A stretch of 64,000 nucleotides of DNA from Somniosus microcephalus (GCA_052327205.1 CM126207.1:33976001-34040000); one strand, 5' to 3'; positions 48,051 through 60,682 are shown, counted from the first letter of the stretch. Numbers and translations are program-made. Notes: generated by a model from the letters alone, not told the origin.

Positions 48051-50619
48051 TTATTGAGGAGTTGGATCTCATTCTTTAAATCACATTTTAAATTTAAGCA
48101 CGTTCCTGTGCTCATTATAAGGTGAAGTATGTCAACGCTGGGAGTATAGGCTGCCAATTTAATACCAATTAATTCTGAATTACAAGCATTGTTTGCTGCT
48201 GCCCACCGCTCGCCCCCCTCCTGATTGCTTGCCCCCCAGCCCCCTCATCCCCCCGGGGACTCTCCCGAGGCCCTCGGCCAACGTACAAGCCAGCCAATCT
48301 TCCAGCCACCCACGCAACTAGTGAGGTACAATCCTAGTGAAGCCGGCAGAGCAAATTGTCATGGGTTTGTCGTGCACCGGGATTGCAGCCGATTCAGGCA
48401 CGATCCAATTTCAAGACCACAAACATCCATGTACATAAACAGAGATAACTGCACAAACAGGTGTACAGATATACAAATGCAGAAACGGAGTGGTACATAG
48501 ATGTAGATATTCAGATGCATAGTGCCATTACTGTAATTAATTATAGTGTACATAAAATATACTATTAAGATTCCCACTTAATTCAATACATTTACAGGGT
48601 ATCTGCCATCATGAAAATAAATTGAGTCTCATTTAGTCTTATGCAATCACTTTTCCTAAGAGCTTTGTGTTGTTCAAACAAATGAAAAGTGTTTTTTTTC
48701 GCCAAAGATTTCAGTCCAGTAATTGTTTCCATATATCCTACAGAACTTTAAGGAAGGTGAGAAATTAAGATTCCTGCTGTCACCTTCTACACTTTGCACC
48801 AAGTGCGCACATGGATGTTGGGTCAATATGAAACCATGGCCAACAAAAAAATAAATGAACATATAAATACATTAATGAATAGGGTAAAATATGGATATTG
48901 TTCACCTTCACCAAAAAGGAATGGATTGAGTGTCATGATGAGACATAGAATACAACGCTTCTTAGTGAAACTGAATTACTTGTGGGTCACACCAAGAGCT
49001 TACTGTAGCCTCCAGATTAAATGGAATAGCTATTGCATTTACCGATGGCCCAGTATAACAGAGCTGGAATTGGTGCAGGTAGACCATGTGTTAGTGCTAG
49101 ACATGCACTGGTGATTAGAAGGTGAAGGGTACAGATTCCATCTATTTAAAACCTGATCAAGAGGCTCAGACTCCTGTTCTGCCATCACAGGTACAGATAT
49201 CATTGTGAAATTCATATAAGATTAAACCTCTAACTCAATTGCTATTGTCACAAGTACAGTCTTTATCCAAAGGGTCGAATGCTCACATAATGAGTGCTTC
49301 TCAGCAGCTCTCGATAGTGTCACTTCTAGAACTATAACCAGCAGATATTGCATAAAAATAACATTAAAATTGTTTTGGTGTCAGCCCATTCTATTTCCTT
49401 CTGATAGTTATACTCATTGTTGCATCCCAATATACTTAAACTCATTTACATTTGCCTGATGCTGTTAACTTTAGTGAACTTGCTTTGCATTTTTACATCA
49501 CCATGATCAGGAAGAATAATATATGAAGCAAATGGGAGCAGTGAGCTGTAAACTTAACCCCAGCAATACACTGCAACTGCATTCATGCTCTCATCATCAT
49601 GTCCCGTTTCCTTGGGGCAAACGATAAATAAACTGAGTTGAGGTTGAGTTACTGTACACTGCAGAAAATGTGACACAATGTTGGAAAGAATAACACATTT
49701 GGTTATGACAATCCCAACAGGTGCTTTACCTGGCTTTCAAGCGGACACTATATAAAAGGACGATCTGGCTGATTGTGCTATGAGATGCGACATCTAAAAC
49801 AATACTGAGAGCCCAGGGTTTATCACGAAATGCTTCATTAGTATTAATTGCATTTTCATTTTTATTGCATTGGTAAATTTGATTTAGCACACCTCCTCTT
49901 TCCTACTTCCTTCTATAATAAAAAAATTGATGTGAATTCAGGACTTTTTGGATGTGCACAGAAGCATGCTCTACAACCTGGCACCCAGCAAACTCTCTGA
50001 TTTGTATGACTTTGTAATTTGAAAATGATGCCTAAAATAAAGCTGGTGATGTGGCTGTAACAGTGCATGTTAGTGTTAGTGAAACCTCCTTAAACAGAAA
50101 CGCAAGCATGGATTTTAGTATTACTGGCATGTACTAGAGTCGGTGAATTTTTAATTTAATTGTAATTGTTCATCTGCATTATATTACAAACATCAGTTAT
50201 GATTGATGTGCTCATTATTCTCTTCATATTATATAGTTTAGATATAAGGTTCATAACCAATTGTTCAATTTGTTTGCATGCTGGATCTCAAGCATATGTT
50301 CATATGGAAATTATTATCGGTACAGGAGTCATTGTACAATAAGGGTTTCTAATACATGCAAGCTCTGGTATTTCAGTGTTATAAAAATAAAAAGTTCTCG
50401 TCATTTCATTTTCAGTAATATGGTGTGCATATAATTCCAGTTCATAGGTCCTCAGTTCCATAACCTTCATAACTTCCAAATCATTTCCTCTGGTAACAAT
50501 TTGGATTGTATTGGTATGATGAGGATAAAAGTTACATTTTGTAGGGAGTAACACAGCTCATGGTTTAGTTGATGTTGGTATACCACTTGAACTTTGCACT
50601 GGCCGCTTATGGTGTTATC

Positions 50620-50732
50620 TAGAAACATAGAAAAATAGGAGCAGGAATAGGCCATTTGGCCCTTCGAGCCTGCTCCACCATTCAATATGATCATGGCTGA
50701 TCCTGTATTTCAATACCACATTCCTGCTCTCT
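50620..50732 (-). mobile_element. CR1 3' tail fragment
   Basis: AGAAACATAGAAAAATAGGAGCAGGAATAGGCCATTTGGCCCTTCGAGCCTGCTCCACCATTCAA..CATGGCTGATC. Confidence 0.85.
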
Positions 50733-52244
50733 GGGCCCTTCAGTGTGTTCCTCTTTCTAATACATTCTAGGTACCTACTATTCTTTAGGTATTGATTATT
50801 TTCTACATAACAGACTTTGGGACCCTAGTGTCCTTTATGTAACACACTCTGGATTATTTACTATCCTTTCTGCATCACATTGTTCGGAACAGTCATCTTC
50901 TATGTAATATACTGTAGCTCTTAGGCTAAGCAGAATGGAATGTCTATTTTCATTTATTCTGGTCATGCAGCATTCCCTATGGAAGGAACCAGGCAGATAT
51001 ATGGTGGTCGATGTATGGTGTAGAAGAATGCCAAAAGCTAACTCTTCTTCCCCTTTCCCTTTTGCTTCTTCACCTTGCCTGCAGCCAGTGTCTCCTTCAA
51101 GATGAAGAACTCACTATTTGAGGGATATTCTGGCAGAGAGCATCCGCCTATCAGATTGTTTAATAACATGTATTTTTTTTAATGTTTGAATATTCTGAAC
51201 TTGAATGAGCTTTAGAATTTGAAATGTTTAAAACCCTGCATGGATTTTGGCAGCATACAGTGTATATGGTTTTGAAAGTATGAAACTCATGATATAATAA
51301 ATGGCCATGGGCTTTAATGATGCAGAGCTGGACAGCGTGTATGCTTCTGCAGCCTAATCATAGGGGGGATGCGCTTGCTCATCGAGACCTTCTGTTGTAT
51401 CTCTTTCCAAGCAAGCTCGGGGAACCAGAGCAGCTGATGAAGATGGCAGCATTTACAGATGTGGTTATTGTACCTCAGAGTCTGCACTCAGCCAGATAAC
51501 ATTTGAACTTGACTTGTCACAGGGTTGTAATTCTTTCTATATATAAAGCGAACTAAACACAATCTTTTTTCCATTTAAAGTACATTGTTTTCACAAGTAG
51601 TTCTTGTGAACAGGGTGTTTAATTACAACTGGGATTTGGCCAGGTTGAACTCGCAGAAGCCAAAAGTTGCTCTGTGGTTTCGTTCCTGATCTGCCAAATG
51701 CTGCACACATCATTATGCTTTTTTTCTGACTTTCAAGCAAAGAATACATGTGGCTGCCCAGTAGCTACAACTCTGGAACTTTGGACTCTCAACTAGTAAA
51801 GTCCAAGTTTGAATCCCAGTTTCAAGCAGGGTGCTTGGTAGCTGCAGCCCGGGGGTGTTAGACACTGGGCTCCTAGACCCAAATTTCGGATCTCTATCTT
51901 CAAGAGATTGCTAAAATACTTCTAATACTGGAGCTTTGGATTCTTGACTAGGAGCCCCAGATTTTAGATGGATTCTACACCTTGCTTTCAGATCCCAATC
52001 TTGAGACACAAGATTAATAACCACAGCACTCGAGCTCTGGAATCTTGATTCTGAGATTCTGAATCTGAGTTTTATGGGGCATTCCATAACTACAGGACCA
52101 GAATGCTAAGCCAGGTGAGCCAATTAAGAATTTGAGTCTCAATTGATATTCAAAATTGATTTCCCCCCCCCCCCCCAATAGGAGGGGAGTTTTGAGGGAG
52201 TGTGACACCTGTATAACGAGGCCTGTGTCTTTATGGGCTACCAG

Positions 52245-52617
52245 TAGAGTTGCCATCTCTGGTTGGACATATTCCTGGAGGTGCCATCACATGACCATCT
52301 GCCTCCAACGGGTCTGCCCCCGCACCCTTGCCATTGGTCGCCTAACACGTCCATACTTGCTTCCCACGGCCAATCAGAAAGCAAATAAACTCTTTATGAC
52401 TCGATTAGATGACTCTCGACTGTTAATTAAACATCTTTTATTCCCATCTCAGATATTTTTATAACTAATAGCCAAAGTGTTCAAACAAAATAATTTTATA
52501 AACACTATTTTTTACTGCCCCTATGATTTTTCTCCTGGGTTGCTCGCAGAAGTGTCCTGGAGATTAGTCTTAAATTCCTGGAGCGTCCAGGGCAATCCTG
52601 GAGTGTTGGCAACCCTA
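52245..52617. mobile_element. Non-autonomous hAT (Blackjack-like) DNA transposon
   Basis: TIRs TAGAGTTGCCA / TGGCAACCCTA with an 8-bp TSD GCTACCAG / GCTGCCAG (7/8). Confidence 0.88.
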
Positions 52618-52997
52618 GCTGCCAGTCCAAAGATCACCTCAATAAGGATGTAAATATTCCACTGTCAAATAAAGGTAAAAGTTGCTGGAAATGCACAACA
52701 GATTGATCAGCATCTAAAAGAGAAAAGATACCGTAACATTTTAAATGTAACCCTTTTGTCAGCAGGAGCTAGCCTGTCTGCTTCTGTGATATCATCCGCA
52801 GAACCAGAACAGCACAGCCGCCAGTAGCAGCTATTAGCTACCAGCAGCACAGATACACACAACTCTAAAACTGCGGACAATGAAGGTAGGTAGAACAGAG
52901 CAACATTATGCTGCACTGTTTAGGCTTTCTAATGTCAACCTGGTTTTGTCTCTGACCCTTGCACTTCAGGGGGAATTTGCGAAGTGAGTAAGGCGCC

Positions 52998-53025
<28 letters not shown>
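52998..53025. repeat. (CA)n microsatellite
   Basis: Perfect CA run. Confidence 0.95.
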
Positions 53026-53029
<4 letters not shown>

Positions 53030-54585
53030 ATACATTGTGGAAAATGCTATGTGTCATTATTAAGGGCCCGGAATGGCTGCTCTCCACTCTGAACAATTAC
53101 ATTTTTTAAACTGACAGTTGTAGCAAAAATAATCATCACCTAATGGCTATAAATCATTTTAAAAGCTGAAAATGTAATCGAAGAGAAATGATCGTGTTTG
53201 GGTCCTGTAATTAAAAATGACATTTTCAGTATAGCTACTTTTTAAGTCAGCCTGCCAGATAGGTATGTAAGAATTATGAAAAATCAGTCTGGCATTTAAC
53301 AGACGAGTGTTCTACCTGATAAACTCTGTCAGGTTGCTGTCATCATTGTTGGTTCATTCTGTTCCTATTTTGTTCTTTAGTAAATGGAGATCTGCAAACT
53401 CTCTTAATGACTTCTTTATTGAAGAACCCTTGATCTGTACACTTTGTGCAAATTAGTGGTTTTGGTTCATCGTAACATGATGCAAAAGTCATTCATCAAT
53501 TGCCTGACAAAGATTTTAGCCTCCTGAGGCAATCTTAGAAGACTCCTGACAGAACAAACATTATATACTGCATGACAAGTCTTCTGACACGAGAAAAAGA
53601 CTTTGAAAGTTTCACCTTACTTGTCGCGGGTCTGTGGTAACATTTCAGAGAGTGGTAGGATGTGTGCGTTGTAAATACCGCCGCCGCCTACTGAAGCTGA
53701 TGTTTGCAGATCAGAATGGGCTGTCTGCACAACAAACGCTGCTATTTATGTAAAGAATATCAATCAGAAGACAGATTAGGTGTAATACAGCTGGTAATAC
53801 TGGAGGTTGTTAACCAGTCTGGGGATTAATGTCCAAGGTCATGATCAGGGGAAGGCTGATCAGTATGTTTTTATTAACATATACCCTATCCAATATCTGA
53901 TTGAAAACTCAGTTTGAATGCGACATTATGCTATGGAAAAAATGGCACTTGCTGCGAATTTAGAGTGTCAGCACAAGCTACAGTTTCTGGTGTCCTGTGA
54001 GTATGTCCAATCTCAACCCACATAAAGGCTGGCTTTTTATGTCATCTAAAATATTTATAAGTCAGATGGACATGGGGAAGCCCCTTAGCTACATTACAAC
54101 TGACTCAGTGCATCCTGTGCATTCTTTGTTTGGTTGGCTGAATCATTGTTAGTGATGAGTTGTATGTGGAAATGCTGCCTCTCGCCCGGTGGAACTCCAA
54201 CACTGGCCAAGGAAATGGTCACTTGTTCCAATAACTGTGAAGGTCATATATGAATATGTATAGCATTTTCATCTAATGTCAACACAAAGTAAAATCAGAA
54301 GAAAAAAATCATGTGAGTCACTGAGAGAAGCAGAAAGAACATCAACAAATGTGGGAGGGTTTGGGTTTCCATGGCCACGGCAAATACCAGTTCATTTTTA
54401 TCTAGGAGCCATGACTGTACAAATGAGCCAAGGCTTCTAACTTTCCACACCCAACAACGGAATATTGTCTTTACAGGAGCTATTCCTCAGAGATAAGGAA
54501 CGTCGTCTTGATTTTGACAGGGGAAATCTTAGTGAGAGGCAACCCCTTAACTTGTGCTGAAGCAAATGGACAGCCCACAATATTT

Positions 54586-55610
54586 ACAACAACAATTTGT
54601 ATTTATATAGCGCTATTAGGGTAGTAAAACATCCCAAGGCACTTCACAGGAGCATTATCAAACAAAATTTGACACCAAGCCACATAAGGAGATATTGGGG
54701 CAGCTGACTAAAAGCTTGGTTAAGGAGGTAGGTTTTAAGGAGGAAAGCGAGGGAGAGAGGCGGAGAAGTACTGGGAGAGAATTCCAGAGCTTAGAGCCTT
54801 GGCAGCTGAAGGCACGGCCATCAATGATGGAGCGATTACAATTGGGGATGGTCAAGAGGCCAGAATTGGAGGAATGCCGATATCTTGATGGGTTGGAGCA
54901 GATTACAGAGATAGGGAGGGGCAAGGCCATGCTGGGATTTGAAAACAAGGCTGAGAATTTTAAAATTGAGGCGTTGCTCAACCGGGAGCCAATGCAGGTC
55001 AGCAAGCACAAGGGTGATGGATGAATGGGACTTGGTGCGAATTAGGATACAGACAGCAGAATTTTGGTTGACCTCAAGTTTACAGAGGGTAGAAAGTGGG
55101 AGGCCAGCCAGGCGTGCATTGTAATAGTCAAGTCTAAATGTAACAAAAGCATGGATGAGGGTTTCAGCAGCGGATGAGCTGAGTCGGGCGATGTTCGGGA
55201 GGTGGAAATAGGCGGTCTTAATGATGGTGCAGATATGTGGTCTAAAGCTGATCTCGGGGTCAAATATGTTGTGAATCTACTGGTTCAGCCTCAGACAGTT
55301 GCCAGGGAGAGGGATGGAGTCGGTGGCTAGAGAACAGAGTTTTTGGCGGGGACCAAAGACAATGGCTTCGGTCTTCCCAATATTTAGTTGGAGGAAATGT
55401 CTGTTCATCCAGTACTCGATGTCAGACAAGCAATGTGACAATTTAGAGACAGTGGAGGGGTCGAGTGAGGTGGTGGTGAGGTAGAGCTGGCTGTAGTCAG
55501 CGTACGTGTGGAAACTGACGCTGTGTTTTCGGATGATGTCACCGAGGGGCAGCATGTAGATGAAAAATAGGAGGGGGCCCTTGGGGGACACCAGAGGTAA
55601 CAGTGCAGGA
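54586..55610 (-). mobile_element. 5'-truncated L2 LINE including the RT core
   Basis: The minus strand encodes GPLLFFIYMLPLGDIIRKHSVSFHTYADYSQLY..WMNRHFLQLNIGKTE..RAFSCQGSKLWNSLP and ends in a (TTG)n tail. Confidence 0.95.
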
Positions 55611-55650
55611 TTTTCAGCTATGGAAAACTCTATTACTTGGAAGTTTCTTA

Positions 55651-55887
55651 GGGGGAAAAATAGGGTTGCTTTGCGCCTCCCGTTAGCACCCCCGTTGCAC
55701 GTAGCGCCGGGCTATTCAATGGTAGCGGCCCAGGAAGAAGGGGGAGTGCTTCCAGTAGTGCCCTGCTTTCTGCTTGGGGCACTACCACTGAATTTACGGC
55801 GCAGGAGCGCTAACTTATTTGGGACGCTAAAAGTTGCGCCTCGGCAAAGCTAGAGCCCCAAAGGGGGCACCACTGAGTTTTTCCCCC
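55651..55887. mobile_element. Short Harbinger-type MITE (deletion derivative of the 45589 family, inverted)
   Basis: TIRs GGGGGAAAAA / TTTTTCCCCC with a TTA TSD on both sides. Both halves match the ends of 45589-46312 in reverse complement. Confidence 0.88.
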
Positions 55888-55928
55888 TTAATTTGTTCCT
55901 AGATTCAATATTGTTCCAAGCTATTTGT

Positions 55929-56349
55929 TCTGAGTCAGAAGATTGTGGGTTCGAGCCACACTCCAGAGATTTGAGCACGTAATCCAGGCTGATACTCCAG
56001 TGCAGTACTAAGGGATTGCTGCACTGGTGGAGGTGCAGTCTTTTGGATGAGACGTTAAACTGAGACCCCCGTCTGCTTTCTCAGGAAGATGTAAAAGATC
56101 CCATGGCACTATTTCGAAGAGCAGTGGAGTTTTTCTCAGTGTCCTGGCCTATCATTATTCCTCAACCAACATCACTTTAAAAAAAAAGGTTATCTGGTCA
56201 TTATCTCATTAATGTTTGTTGGATCTTGCTGTGGGCAATATGGCTGACATGTTTCCTACATTACAACAGTAACTACACTTCAAAAAATATTTAATTTGCT
56301 ATAAAGTGCTTTGGGATGTCCTGAAGTTGTGAAAGGCGCTATATAAATG
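55929..56349 (+). mobile_element. Deu-domain SINE (SacSINE1-like)
   Basis: TCTGAGTCAGAAG.TTGTGGGTTCGAG..GGATGAGACGTTAAAC..AAAAGATCCCATGGCACTATTTCGAAG..GTGAAAGGCGCTATATAAATG. Confidence 0.92.
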
Positions 56350-56359
56350 ATCTAGTCCC

Positions 56360-56790
56360 TTTTAGAATCCTATGAGCAGCAATCAAACCACCTCCCAAAC
56401 TTCTCTTTTCCAGTAAGAACATGCCCAATTTTTATAATCGCTCCTCATAATCCAATTCCTTCAATCATTCTGGTTGCTCTCTTCTGTATCATCTCAATAG
56501 CTGTAATATCCTTTCTGTACTGTGGTGACCAGAACTGTGCACCGTATGCTAAGTGTGGTCGCACCAATTATTTATAAAGTGGCAGGATTACCTCACTATT
56601 TCGGTTCAATATTGACCTTTTAATAGATCCCAACATCTGATTTGCTTTACTCACTGCCATCTAGCATTGTTGCGATAGCTTCAATTTATTGCCAATCAAG
56701 ACCTCTTTCATTTACCATTTACATTATTGTCAATTCCTGGATTTTTTTGTTCCCATGTGAAACACTTTGTATTTCTCTACATTGAATGCA
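56360..56790 (-). mobile_element. Degenerate CR1 ORF2 fragment
   Basis: TGGTGACCAGAACTGTGCACCGTATGCTAAGTGTGGTCGCACC encodes VRPHLAYGAQFWSP on the minus strand. Confidence 0.75.
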
Positions 56791-56852
56791 AAAACAATTA
56801 TAACATTGTCTGCAACATAATAATCTAACCATAAAATGTTACAGAAATAATT

Positions 56853-57291
56853 AACTTGCATTTATATAGCGCCTTTCATGACCTCAGGATGTCCCAAACA
56901 CTTCACAGTCAATTAAGTACTTTTGAAGTGTCGTCACGTGGGAAAACTTAACAGCCAATTTGCACACAGCAAGATCCCACAAACAGCAATGGGATTAACG
57001 ACCGGATAATCTGTTTTAGTGATGCTGCCTGAGAGATAAATGTTGGCCAGGACATCGGGAGAATTCCCCAACACTTCTTTTCAATAGTACTATGGAGTCT
57101 TTTACATCCACTCGAGGGGGTATACATCTCAGTTTAACACCTCGTCCAAAATGTAACGCCTCCAAACAGTGCAGCAATCCCTCATTACTGCATGGAAGTG
57201 TCAGCCTAGATCATATGCTCAACTCTTTGGAGTGGAGCTTGAATCCACAGACTCAGAAACAATATTGCTACTGCTGAGCCAAGGCTAACAC
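56853..57291 (-). mobile_element. Deu-domain SINE (SacSINE1-like)
   Basis: AACTTGCATTTATATAGCGCCTTTCATGACC..GCACACAGCAAGATCCCACAAACAGCAATG..GTGTCAGCCTAGA..CTGAGCCAAGGCTAACAC. Confidence 0.9.
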
Positions 57292-58198
57292 TTTATTTTC
57301 ATACAGTTTGTTCAGCAAACATGCACTAATATCACATTGCATAATTTCTAGACTCTACTCTACAGAAACAGGCCACTTGGTCCACCAAGTCTGTGCCAGT
57401 GTTTTTCTTCATATGAATGATCTGATCTAATCCTACTCTCCTGCTTAATCCATTAATATTCCTCTCTTTCAAGCAACTATCAGTTTCCCTTTTAAAAGAA
57501 TTTCAAAATTTTGCTTCAATAATGGCTTCGGGCAAAGAAGTCCAAATTTCAATCATCCTCTATGTAAAGAATTTTTTGTAACCTCTCCTTTTATACTGTA
57601 CTGGGGAAAAATCTATTCATGAAGGGAAAAAAATATATTTATATTTCAGTGTAGAATAAAGAGATGAATAAATATTAGATTGTAGAATCGGAATGCGACT
57701 TAGAAAGCTGTGAACTTAAAAAGCTGGTTCTGCTTATCTAATATTTTCTTAAACTCTAGGTCAGAGTGTTGGTGTCTGCAGAATCACTAAGCCAGATAAC
57801 TCCTGCCTGAGCGCTATGTAATGCCGGGGTCGAATGTTTGTGCTGCTGTGGTTTTTTGTTAGCCAGATCCATTCAAAGAAAAACCAGCTTACTTGTTCCT
57901 GGCTGCTTTTCATGACGGCCAGGGAGCCTCACACTGCTTCCGTTTGGGATCGCAGAAGGAAACATAAATCAGGCGCAAGATGTGGGATCGTGGCATCCAG
58001 CAAGTGGAGGTTCAACAAACTCTCCGCAATGCAGAGCAGCCGGGGGGTACAGGTGACCATCTATCAGAGGACCTATCATAGCAATGATTTCATTGCAATG
58101 TCTGGACTAATCAGGGGTCAGAGCCAAGAATAATATACACATTTTTTTTTTCAAGGCTGTTTTGCTTTTGTATCAGGGGACACTTCCATTGCTGAAAA

Positions 58199-58276
58199 TG
58201 GCACTCAAATTAAAATCTTCACTTTCAATATTTCTATCTTGCTGTATTGAAAGTGAAACTTTTAATTTGAATGCCA
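58199..58276. repeat. 78-nt near-perfect hairpin
   Basis: TGGCACTCAAATTAAAATCTTCACTTTCAATA pairs with TATTGAAAGTGAAACTTTTAATTTGAATGCCA at 29/32 positions. Confidence 0.9.
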
Positions 58277-58819
58277 AATTAAAATCCTGTCTTTCCATTA
58301 TGAGCATAGTTACAGCGCTTGCCTTAACTATTTAATCCACATGGCTGGAATACCACTGCTCTTTCACATCAGCAGCCTACAATGAATCATTCTCCTTTTG
58401 ACAGTCAGTCACATTGAGTTAGGAAGCAGATTTTGATAGTGGTGATTGTCCTCACAGGGAGACGGTCCTTTACAAAACAGAGTGTAATCCTTTCATATGT
58501 GACCGGTTGGAGTGAATAGAAACAGGTGCACACAAGCTGAAATGTTGTTGTGGGTTTGAGACATCTCACATTGTGGAAGGTGGGTGAGAGGTAGCTACAA
58601 TTATTGGTATTAGTTGCTGCAGTCTCCTGGTCTTGCTTTCAAGGGTCAGAGAGGAATTTCCCAAAGTTTTCTTTCCTAAATTGGCCTAAAGTGTTTTGTC
58701 TCTTTTTTTGCTTCTCCCAAGAGATTGCATAACTGGGGGTAGGGGGGTGAGTTGATTCTGCATGTGGACTGCATTGTGGCTTGATGGACCATTTGGCCTT
58801 TTTGCCCATTTATGTATGT

Positions 58820-59460
58820 TCACATTAGTACTGGGACAGTTAAATATACAGTAAATAATCAGACACAGTCAGTCTTGTTACATACAATTAGCATTAGGAG
58901 AAGGAGTCCAGTTATATACGCAGTCAGTATTGAGACAGCATGTCCTGTAGTATACAGAGCCAGCATGGAAACAACCATATACACAGTCAGTATTGGGGCA
59001 GTTGTTCCTGTTATATACAGTCAGTACTGGGATAGTGAGTCCAGTTATATACAGTCAGTACTGGAACAGTAAGTCGTGTTATATATACAGTTGGTACTGG
59101 GACAGTGTGTCCTGTAGTATACAGAGCCACATTTAGACAGTGGTATACACAATCAGTATTGGCATAGTCGTTCTGTTATATAGTCAGTACTGGGACATAA
59201 ATCCCGCTATACATAGAGTTAATAGCAGGGCAGTGTTTTTATATACAGTCAGTACTGGGACAGCTCTGTTGTGTATAGTCAGTACTGGAACAGTTCTGTC
59301 ATATACAGGGTCACTACTTGAAGTGTGGTATATACTGCCAATATAGGGGCACTTCTGTCATATACAGTTAAAAATGGGACAGTTCTGTTGTATCCTGGGA
59401 CAATCCTGTTTAATATACAGTCCGTACTGAGAAAGTTCTGGCATGTACACAGTCAGCCCA
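58820..59460. repeat. Degenerate ~33-35-bp minisatellite
   Basis: Recurring TATACAGTCAGTACTGGGACAG..CTGTTA units. Confidence 0.85.
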
Positions 59461-59994
59461 TAGATAGTTTCATTGTGTACACGCTTACCTGCCATTTTCA
59501 TTTCACCTGTCTAATACATTTTAAAGCATTCTCCAAGGTCCAGGAATTCCCTTTGTGTTTATATGAATCTCAGTGCAGCACCTCTCTTGTATTTAAACAA
59601 TGGAGCTGCTCAGAACCAAAAGCAGAATGAGGAATATATCTATGCAAATCTGATGCTGATAAGACCTATGCACTCGTTCCCACCTTTGATTTGTCTGATC
59701 AGTGAAGAGGAATGTGTGTACGTGTCGCAGAGATCATTAAATAGTGGCAAAGATTAGCTTATGTTTTCAGAGGGAGGAGGCTAGAGAAAGCATAAGTGTT
59801 CAGTGTTGCACAGATCAAACATTCCAATGACCTTGATGTCTACCTGCACAGGTGAGACATTCAGCCTGTTTCCTTCACCTGTTGTTGTGGTGTATAACTT
59901 TTACAAGTATCTCAAACCTTTACAAGTCAAAGCGTAAAGGAAATAATCAGCACAACATCATGTGCTTTAGATGGTCTGAGCCTCACTCTCCTTT

Positions 59995-60430
59995 CATTTA
60001 TATAGCGTCTTTCACAACCACCAGACATCTCAAAGCACTTTACAACCAATGAAGTACTTTTGGAGTGTAGTCACTGTTGTAATGTGGGATATTTGCGCAC
60101 AACAAGCTCCCAAGCAATGTGATAATGACCAGATCATCTGTTTTTGTGATGTTGATTGAGGGATAAATATTGTCCAGGACACTGGGGATAACTCACCTGC
60201 CCTTCTCCGAAATAGTGCCATGGGATCTTTTACGTCCACCTGAGCGAGCAAACAGGGCCTCGGTTTAACGTCTCATCGAAAAGACGGCACCTCTGACAGT
60301 GCAGCACTCCCTCAGCACTGCACTGGAGTGTCAGCTGAGATTTTGTGCTCAAGTCCCTGGAGTGGGACTTGAACCCACAACCTTGTGAGTCAGAGGTGAG
60401 TGTGCTACCCACGGAGCCACTGCTGACACC
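59995..60430 (-). mobile_element. Deu-domain SINE (SacSINE1-like), full length
   Basis: Complete head, Deu core and tail, sharing diagnostic changes with the 34137 copy. Confidence 0.92.
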
Positions 60431-60474
60431 AATAACACAGCTTTGCTAATTGCTTATGTTGTGTGGAACTTCCA

Positions 60475-60680
60475 TAGGACAATAGAAGCTTATAGCACAG
60501 AAGGCGGCCATTCATCCCATCATGTTTGTGCCGGCTCTTTGCTAGAGCAATCTGAAACTAATTCCACTGCCCTGCTATCTCCTCATAGCCCCGTATCTTC
60601 ATCTGTTTCAAATATATGTCCACTTTTCCCTTAAAAGGTGCAACTGTTTGTGCCTCAAGTGTTCCCTGTGGCAAAGGTTT
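60475..60680 (-). mobile_element. CR1 (HER1-like) 3' tail fragment
   Basis: AGCACAGAAGGCGGCCATTCA.CCCATCATG..TGTGCCGGCTCTTTG is the same family as 10957-11273. Confidence 0.75.
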
Positions 60681-60682
60681 CT

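Larger units (their letters stand above)
46462..48187. repeat. Local inverted duplication, 122-bp arms (46462-46583 and 48066-48187)
   Basis: GCTTGTAATTCA.AATTAATTGGTA.TAAATTGGCAGCC..TACTTCACCTTATAATGAG..GCTTAAATTTAAAATGTGATTT.AAGAATGAGAT occurs in both orientations. Confidence 0.92.

Noticed and set aside
13000-58100. Antigen-receptor J-segment cluster as the explanation for scattered short exon-like segments
   Set aside because: I found no FGXG/WGXG motifs and no heptamer-spacer-nonamer signals next to the candidates I examined.
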